Positions 52,765-61,700 of a stretch of 64,000 nt of DNA are shown here, in pieces. The notes beneath the pieces were generated by a model, which was not told where the DNA came from, did not search any database, and saw only the letters and a program-made list of their open reading frames with translations. A program made the translations under genes and the position numbers. The first letter of the stretch is position 1; each line of letters starts with the position of its first letter. This DNA comes from Thermoanaerobaculia bacterium (GTDB lineage Bacteria; Acidobacteriota; Thermoanaerobaculia; Multivoradales; UBA5704): NCBI GenBank assembly GCA_045807625.1, contig JBJMHA010000044.1:12319-76318 (forward strand). Direction: 5' to 3'.

Positions 52765-55700
52765 CCGTGGGATCCTCGGGCATCCCCGGCCGCGGCCGGC
52801 GCCGTTGCTCTTTCTGGCGCGCCGCCTCGCGCCGGCGGTCGGCGCGGTCCTGGCCGCGCTCGACGCCGACGGCGTCGGCGACACCTTCCCGGTCGGAGAG
52901 ATGGCGGGCGAGCGAGCTCGCGGTGGGATGCTCGAACAGCGTGACCAGCGGGATGTCCCCGCCGAGGATCTCGCGCAACTGGTTGTAGACCTGGATCATG
53001 GTGACCGAGTTGCCGCCCAGCTCGAAGAAATTGTCGTGGCGCCCCACCGTCTCGAGCTGGAGCACACGCTTCCAGACTTCCAGGATGGAGCGCTCCACGT
53101 CGTTCTCGGCGGGCAGATGGCCGCCGCCCGTGGTCTCGCCGTGGAGGTCCGGTTCGGGCAGGGCCCGCCGGTCGACCTTGCCGTTCGAGGTGAGCGGCAG
53201 GGTATCGAGGAGGAGGAAGGCGGTGGGGACCATGTAGTGGGGCAGCTTGCCGGCGAGGAAACGCCGCAGGCGCCCGCTCAGGTCCTCCCCTGCGGAGGCC
53301 GGACGCCCGGAGACGGCTGCGGGCGAGGCGGTCTCGTCGACCGGACCGGCGAGGAAGGCATGGAGGAAGCAGTGGCTCGGCTTCAGGTCGAACAGCAGGC
53401 GTAGCGGCTCGAAGTCCATCCGGCCGACAGGGCAGAGACCGATCCCCGACTCCAGCGAGGTGGTCATCAGCAACTGTCCCACGTACCCCGCTTCCAGCAG
53501 GCAGAAGTCGCGGGCCATGTCGCCGTAGACCGGCGCGATGGCATCCAGGTCGCCGACCAGGAGGAGGATCAGGCCCGCGGCGTCGGCCACCGCCCGATTC
53601 ACCGGCGAATGCGCGTCCCGGTCGATGAGCGCCCCCTCGACGAGCGGGACGAGGGCGTGTTCCGCCGGGTTGTAGTAGTAGGTGCCGGCCGGCAGGCCCT
53701 CGACGGCGCCCGGCTTGAGATGGAGATAGACCTGCACCGGATAGAGGCTGCCGGCCGACGCGTAGAGATGACCGGGCAGTCGGCGGGATGCCAGGGGGAC
53801 CTGCGCGAGCTGGAGCAGCATACCGCCCAGGCGAGAGGCGGACAGGGCCGCCGGCGAGAAGCTCCGGCGCGAGCGGCGCCGCTCGTAGGCTTCCAGGAGA
53901 TCGAAATCGCCGTTCTGCCTGGAGAAGGGGAGCAGAGGCCTGTCCGGCTCCCGCCGCAGGCTCGGCTGGCCGAGCTTGAACTCCAGGGCCTGGAGGGGAT
54001 CGAGACGCCCGCCCTCCGCCTGGCCTTCCGGAGGCGGGAGAGGCGCGGGCGCCGGGGGCGCCGGTCCGGCGGCCCGGGATGGCGGCTCCGGATGGCGCTC
54101 GGGGACGACATAGGCCACGAGCCGTCGGCTCGTCCCGCTGCCCACTGGATTGACCACCGCGGTGCGCACGTCCGGATGCTGCAGCAGCGCCGACTCGATC
54201 TCTCCCAACTCGATCCGGTGGCCTTGGACCTTGACCTGGAAGTCCTCGCGCCCCAGGAACTCGATGTCGCCGCTCGGCAGGTAACGCCCGAGGTCGCCGG
54301 TGCGGTACAGCCGCTCGCCGGTAGCCGGATGGGTGATGAAGCTGCGGGCCGTCTTTTCCGGATCGCGCCAATACCCCTTGGCGAGACCGATGCCGCCGAT
54401 GTACAGCTCGCCGGGGACCCAGGTGGGCGACGGATCGAGCCTCTCGTCGAGCACGTGGAAGGTCTGGTTCACCATCGCCTTGCCGTAGGGGATGCTCCGC
54501 CAACTCGGATCGACCTCCCCGATCGGGTAGAGGATCGACCAGATCGAGGCCTCGGTGGCCCCGCCCAGGCTCCGCACGCAGATGTCGGGCGCCAGGGTCC
54601 GGATGCGTGCCGGCAGCCCCACCGGGATCCAGTCGCCGCTTATCATGACCAGCCGCAGCGAGGGAGGCATGGGCCGCCCGCAGCCCTCCAGGTACTCGAC
54701 CAGCATCTCCATCAGGGCCGGCACCGTGTTCCAGACCGTCACCCGGTGGTCGAGCAGCAACCGCTCCCAGCGCGAGGGGTCGCGGCGCTCCCCTGGATCG
54801 GGCAGCACCAGGGCTCCGCCGGCGGCGAGCAGCCCGAAGATGTCGTAGACGGAGAGGTCGAAGTTCAGGGCCGAGAGCCCCAGCACCCGGTCCTCCTCAC
54901 CGATGGCGAAGCGCTCGTTGAGGTCGACGAGAGTATTGAGCGCGCCGCGGTGGTCGGTCATCACGCCTTTCGGGACGCCGGTCGATCCGGAGGTGAAGAT
55001 CACATAGGCGAGATCCTCCGGATCCTGCGGCGGCTGCGGGGCATGGGCCACGGGCGCCGCGGGCGGCGCCGGGTCGACGGCGATCCGCCGGACCTCCTCG
55101 GGCCACTCCAGCTCGGCGTCGAAACGCGGTTGGGTGATGGCGACCTCCACCTCGCCCTGGCGCAGGAGGTACCAGAGCCGCTCCTGCGGCAGCTCGGCAT
55201 CGATCGGCAGGTAGGCGCCGCCCGCGCGCAGGATGGCGAATACGGCGACGGTCTGCTCCCAGCCCTTTTCCATCACCACGCCCACCAGGCGGTTCGGCCG
55301 CGTGCCGAGGGCGCGGAGGGTCTGCGCCAGGGCCTCGGCCCGCTGGTCGAGCTCGCCGTAGGTCAGCACCCGCTCGCCGCAGATCACGGCGATCCGATCG
55401 GGATTGCGGCGGACCTGATCCGCGAACGGCTCGTGGAGCAGGCCGGGCGGGATGGGCGCCGCGGTGTCGTTCGCGGCGTTGCGCGGCGCGAGCTGGCTCC
55501 CGGTCACTAGGCGGAACGACCGTTCCTGCCAGCCGTCGCCGTCGGCGAGGCGGCCCAGGAACGCCTGATAGGCCTCGAACATCTCGTCCAGGTAACCCGG
55601 TGGGAAGACCTCCTCGACCGCGTCCCAGTTCAGCACCAGACTGCCCTGGCGCTCGGCGGCCTGGTGGTCCAGCAGCACCTGCGGGGTTTGGGAAACGCCG

Positions 55701-58700
55701 TACACGACCCGGCCCGGCAGCGCGGGCGCGGAGCCGCCTGCCGCCTCCCGCAGGTCCAGGGTGCTGGTGAACACGATCGGGGTGATGGACCGCAGCCGGC
55801 CGCCCTGGCGGCTGGCCAGCTCCCGCATCACCTGCACGCCGCTGAAGTAGCGGTGGTCCAGATCGCTCCACAGCCGCTCCTGGAGCCGGCGGGCCCGGGC
55901 CTCGAAGGTCTCGGCCTCGCCGCGCTCCACGGTCAGCAGGGTGGTGGAGGTGAAGTCGCCCACCAGATCGTTCACCTGCCGGTGCAGGGGCAGCCGACCG
56001 AAGAGGGTCAGGACGAGGCTGAACCGGGGGCTGCGGGTCCAGATGCCCAGCACCTCCGAGAAGACGGCGAGGAGCAGGCCCGAGGGCGTGAGCCCAGCGG
56101 CGGCCCCCCGCGCCTTGAGCCGCCGCCAGGCCTCCGGCTCCAGCCGGGCCCTGCGGCGGGCGAAACGCTGCTCTGCGAGCAGGGCGGGGTCGCGCACCAG
56201 GGGGAGCTCCGGGCCGCCGGGGAGCGAAGGCAGCCGCTCCCGCCAATAGTCGCGGGCCCGCGTGTAGAGGTCCGACCCACGCAGGCGCTCCAGCGCCATC
56301 ACGTAGTCGCGGAACGACAGCTCCAGAGGCGGCAGGGTGGCCGCGGGATCGTGGTAGAGCCAAAGCAGCTCCCGCAGCAGGACCTGGAAGCTCCAGGCGT
56401 CGCCGATCAGGTAGTCGAAGCTGAAGAAGAGACGCACGCGCCCCTCCGCCAGCCGGCAGGTCCGGATCTCGAACAGCGGCCAGCGGTCGGTGCAGAAGAC
56501 CTGATGCGACAGCTCCTCCCGCAGGTCCGCCAGACGCATCTCCGCCACCGCCGCCGGCAGAACGGAGAGGTCCTCGGCCGCGATGGCGTAGGCGGGAACC
56601 TCGGTCAGGATGCGCTGTCGTCCGTCGGCGTCGACCACGGCACGGAGCATGCCGTGGCGGGCGATCAGGCACCGCCAAGCGTGGGCCAAGCGGTCGACGT
56701 CCAGGTCCTCGCTCTCCAGCTCCAGGTAGCGATGGGAGGCCACCTTGCCGAGCTCGATCGCGCCGGTGCGGCCGACCCAGTAGGCCTGCTGCACGTCGGT
56801 CATGGGGAAGGGAAGGCCGAGGTCCGCCGGAGCGGGCTCGATGCTGGGCAGTGTGGCGCCGTCTCCGGCGGGCCGTCCGAGGCGCTCTCGCAGGACCGTG
56901 GCGATCCCCGCGGCCGTGGGCGCCAGGAAGACTTCGCGCAGGGAGAGGCTCACGCCGAAGGCCGTTTCGACCTGCGCCAGCAGGCGGGCCGCCAGGAGGG
57001 AGTGGCCGCCCAGCTCGAAGAAGCTCGCGCTCCGGCCGACCCGCTCCCGACCCAGGAGCTCGGCGAGGATTTCGCAGACCACCTCCTCGATCGGATCCTG
57101 CAACGGGTCGACAGGCCCGGCCTCCGGAGCGGCGCTCCAGTCCGGCGCGGGCAGCCGGCGGCGGTCCAGCTTGCCGTTGGGCGTCAGCGGCAGGGCCGGC
57201 AACTCGACGAAGGCCGCAGGAACCATGTAATCGGGGAGCCGTTGGCCCAGGAAGGTCCGCAGCTCAGCGGCCGGCGGCGCCGTCGCATCGTTGGGGACGA
57301 CGTAGGCCGCCAGGCGCTTCTCTCCGGCCGCGGTCTCCAGCAGTAGCACCGCCGCCGTGAGTACCCGCGGATGCGCCGCGAGGGCCGCCTCGATCTCCCC
57401 CAACTCGATCCGGAAGCCGCGCAGCTTCACCTGCCCGTCCTTTCGGCCGGCGAACTCCACCGTGCCGTCCGGGAGGTAGCGCCCCAGGTCTCCCGTGCGG
57501 TAGAGCCTGTTGGCCAGGAAACGTTCGCGGGTCAGTGCCTCGTCCCCGAGATAGCCTTGGGAAAGATAGGGGGTCCGGATGTGGATCTCACCGCTCTCGC
57601 CGATGCCTGCGAGGTCTCCGGAGGCGTTGAGCACCAGGAGCTGGACCCCCTCGATGCCCCGGCCGACGGGTACCTCCTCGCGGCCGGACGGCGCTGCATC
57701 CAAAGGGAGCCAGCCCATGGCCTGAGGGGTCTCGGTGGCGCCGTAGAAGTTGACGCAGGCGGCGGCACCGGCCAGGCGCCGCAGCCCTTCGACGGTGCGC
57801 CGCCGCAGCAGGTCGCCGCCGAAGAACGCATGGCGCAGAGAGGGAACGCCGTTCTCCGCCGGAGCCGTGGCCAGGAGCTCGGCCAGAGCCGGGGTCAGGT
57901 GGGAGACGGTGACCCCCTGCCCGCCCATCCAGCCGGCGAGGCGCCTGCCGCTCTCCATCTCCTGCGCATCCGGGATGCACAGGGTCGCACCCACCCAAAG
58001 GGGGGTGAAGACATCGCGCAACAGCGGGTCGTGGGCGAGTCCCGAGAGCAGGCTGAAGCGGTCGTCTTCCGTCAGTCCGAAGGTGCGGGAGTGCCATCCC
58101 AGGAAGTGGGACAGCGGCCCGTGGCTGCCCAGGATCCCCTTCGGCTCGCCCGTCGATCCCGAGGTGAAGGCGACGTAGGCGAGGTCGTCCGGCCCGACCG
58201 CCACCTCACCGCAGTCCGGGAACGAGGCGAACGCGGCGCCGGCCGCGGCCGGCGTGCCCGGCAGGTCGATCCGGCAGCGCAGGGGGAGCCCGCTGAGCGC
58301 TTCCTCGACCTCGGCGGCCGGGGCGGGCGCGGCCTCCAGGCGCAGCCAGGCCACCGGCTTCGCCAGGCGGAGCGCGGCGGCCAGACGGGCCGGCGGATAG
58401 GCGGGATCGAGCACCGCGAACGCGGCTCCCGCGCGGTGGGCTCCGGCCAGCGCCAGGGCCAGGGCGGCGCTGCGGTGCGCCCACACGGCCACCACATCGC
58501 CGTGCCCCACGCCCGCTTCGCGCAGGCGGCCGGCGAGCCGGCCGGTGAGGGCGCCGAGCTCGGCGTAGGTCCACTCCCCCCGCCGGTCGGCCAGCGCCAC
58601 GTGCCGCGGTCGCCGGACCGCGTGGCGGGAGAGGGCCTGGTGTGCGGGCCCTGCCCAGACCGGCTCGATAGGCTGCTGCGGATCGGGGAGCACGGCGACG

Positions 58701-61700
58701 GCCTCGGGGGTCAGCAGCGACAGGCGATCGACCGGCCGGGCCGGGTCGGCGGCCGCCTGGGCCAGCACGGAGGCGAGCTGGCGCAGCATCTCCTCCACGC
58801 GTCCGGGGAGGAAGAGATCGGCGTTGTACACCAGATCGAGGCGGAGGCTGCCCTCCCGCTCGGCGGCGTAGAGCGTCAGGTCGAACTTGGAAGGCATCTC
58901 GCCGGAAGCGAGCGCCTTGAGCTTGCAGCCGGGCAGCCGCAGCTTGCGGGGCTCCAGGTTGAGCATGTTGAGGAAGACCTGGAACAACGGGGTGCGGCCC
59001 GCGTCGCGCTCCGGCTGTACCCGGGCGAGGATCGCCTCGAAGGGGACCTCCTGGTGGGCATAGGCCTCGATCGCCACCTCCCGAACCCGCGCCAGCAGAT
59101 CCTGGAAGGAGGGGTTCCCCGAGAGGTCGACGCGCAGCGCGAGCGTGCTCACGAACACGCCGATCATCCCCTCCACCTCGGGCTGCGTGCGGCCCGCCAC
59201 CGGCGAGCCGACGATCAGGTCCTTGGCGCCGCTCCAGCGGCGGAGCAGGATGGAGAAGCCGGCGAGGAGGACCATGAAGGGGGTCGCGCCGGAGCTTCGG
59301 GCGAGTTCCGTGAGGTCGCCGGTCAGGCCGAGCGGCAGGGTGAGGGAACGGCGTCCGCCGCGATAGGTCTGGACGCGCGGCCGCGGGAAGTCCGTGGGCA
59401 GGTCGAGCGGCGGCGGCGGATTCCCCAGACGAGCGGTCCAGTGCCCGAGCTCCCTCTCGAGGGTGTCGCCGCGCAGCCGGTCCCGCTGCCACTCCGCGAA
59501 GTCGGCGTACTGGAGCGGGAGATCCGGGAGGGACGGGGTCCCGCCGTCCAGCGCCGCCGGGTAGAGGGCGGTGATCTCGTCGATCAGGACCCCCACCGAC
59601 CAGCCGTCGGCCACGATGTGGTGGAGCGTGAGGAGGAGCCGGTGCTCGCTCTCGCAGAGCCGCAGGGCGGCGGCGCGGAAGAGCGGCCCCACCGCTAGGT
59701 CGAAGGGTCGGACGGCCTCCTCCGCGGCGAGGCGCGCCGCCTCCCGCTCGCGCCCGGCCGGCGGCAGCGCCGACAGGTCGACCACCTCCAGGCGCACCGG
59801 CGCGGAGGGCTCGACTCTCTGATAGGGGACTCCTGCCTCGTCACGGAAGACCGTGCGTAGGCTCTCGTGGCGGCGGACGACCTCGGCGAGGGCCCGCCCG
59901 AGAGCCTGGACGTCGAGCCGGCCGCGCAGGGCCACCGCGGCCGGCATGTTGTAGGCCGCGCCGGGCTCGAGCCGGTCGAGCAGCCAGAGCCTCTCCTGGG
60001 TGAAGGAGAGGCAGCCGCGCTCGCCGCGCTCCCGGGGGCGGAGCGGGGGCGCCTCGGCGGCCGCCTGGTAGGTGTCGAGCCGGGCGGCCATCTCCTCCAG
60101 CGTTGGGGCCTCGAACAGCTCCCGCAGCGGGGGATCGATTCGGAAGGTCTGGCGGATCCGCGCCAGCAGCCGCGTCGCCATGAGGGAGTGCCCGCCGAGC
60201 TCGTAGAAGTCGTCGTCGACGGCGATGGCGACGGGGTCGCGCCGCAGGAGACCGGCCCAGAGGACCGCGAGGGCCGCCTCCGTGGGGGTGCGGGGCGCCA
60301 CGGCGGACGAGGTCCGGCCCGCTCGGGTGCCGTGGCGCTCGGGGAGGGCTTGGCGGTCGATCTTGCCGTTCGGCGTCAGGGGGAGTTCCGGCACCAGGAG
60401 GATGTCGCCCGGCACCATGGGATCGGGCAGAGCGCCGACGAGGTGCTGGCGCAGCTCCTCCGGAGTCGCGGCTCCGTTCAGGGTCACGTAGGCCACCAGC
60501 CGCGCGCCGCTCCCCGGCTCGTCCTCCACCGCGAGCACGGCGGCCTGGCGCACGGCGGGGTGGGCGCCCAGGGCCACCTCGACCTCGCCGGGCTCCACCC
60601 GGAAGCCGCGGATCTTGACCTGGAAGTCGATCCGGCCGAGGAACTCCAGGTCCCCGGAGGGGAGGAGCCGCCCGCGGTCGCCGGTGCGGTAGAGGCGGCT
60701 CCCCGGCTCGTCCGCCAGCGGGTCCGGCACGAAGCGCTCGGCGGTGAGGTCGGGCCGGCCCAGGTAGCCGCGCCCGACGCCCACCCCGCCGACGTAGATC
60801 TCGCCGGGGGCCCCCTTCGGCACCGGCCGCAGGTCGCCGTCGAGCAGGACAACGCGCAGGTTGGTGACGGGGCGGCCGATGGGGGGCGCGGACTCCCCCT
60901 CCTCGCCCGGCGTCAGCACGGCGAAGGTGCTGACCACGGTGACCTCCGAGGGGCCGTACAGGTTCACCAGCACGAACGGCAGCTCGGGCCGCAGCCAGCG
61001 ATGGAGCCGGTCACCGCCGGTGGCCAGGACCCGCAGGGACAGCCCCTCCTCCGGCAGCGGCTCCTCCATGGCCGCCTCGGCGACCGGCGTCGAGAGGAAG
61101 CCGAGCGTGATCCGTTCCTCCGCCATCCAGCGCCAGAGGGCGGCGGGAGAGCGCTGGAGGTCGCGGTCCACGCAGTGGAGCGACGCTCCGGCGCACAGGG
61201 GGGGCCAGAGGTCGAGAATCGAGACGTCGAAGGCCGGACCGGCGAGCTGCGTCACCCGGTCCGAGGGGGCCATCCGGCAGGTCTCCAGGTACCAGTCGGT
61301 CAGGTTGGCCAGCCCGGCGTGGGTCAACAGGGACCCCTTGGGCCGTCCGGTCGATCCCGAGGTGTAGATGACGTAGGCGGCGGCCTCCGGCGGCACCTCG
61401 ATCCCCAGCCCCTCCCCGCCCGGATGCCCCGGCTCCGGCGGTCCCCCCGCCTCGTCCAGGGAGAGGACGGGCACCCCCTCGGGGGCCACGCCGCGCAGGG
61501 CGGGGCTGGTCACCAGCGCGGCCACCGACGCGTCTTCCAGGGTCAGCGCCAGGCGCTCGGCCGGATGGGCCGGATCGAGCGGGAGATAGGCGGCGCCGGC
61601 CTTGAGCGCGGCGAGGCAGGCGACCACCCGCTCCGGGCAGGGCTCGAAGAGCACCCCCACGACCCGGTCGGGGCCGGCGCCCCGGGCGCGCAGCTCGCGG

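Noticed and set aside
52765-52884. The upstream start at 52884 given by the track for the 41536.. PKS/NRPS ORF, and likewise 24741..24902 for the 21321.. ORF.
   Set aside because: The extra N-terminal codons overlap the preceding gene and are Arg/Ala/Gly-rich. ATGs at 52764 and 24740 give normal KS and C-protein N-termini and classic ATGAGTGA and ATGA stop-start overlaps.
2447-59492. Long out-of-frame minus-strand ORFs, for example 2447..4099, 6068..7483, 12557..14968, 18038..19468, 32103..33293, 46532..49240, 52761..54503, 54897..56678 and 58206..59492.
   Set aside because: They overlap the motif-bearing frame on the same strand and translate to Arg/Pro/Gly-rich sequence with no domain signatures, so they are GC-driven shadow frames.
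649-59698. Many long plus-strand ORFs in the track, for example 649..3084, 4111..7800, 11530..13194, 15085..18519, 22602..25109, 32855..35089, 38246..40456, 43132..44892, 49099..52944, 53609..55510, 55664..57346 and 57371..59698.
   Set aside because: All lie antisense to minus-strand ORFs that carry dense, ordered NRPS/PKS core motifs. Their translations are Arg/Gly/Ala/Pro-rich low-complexity strings without any recognisable motif. Long antisense open frames are expected at this GC content.
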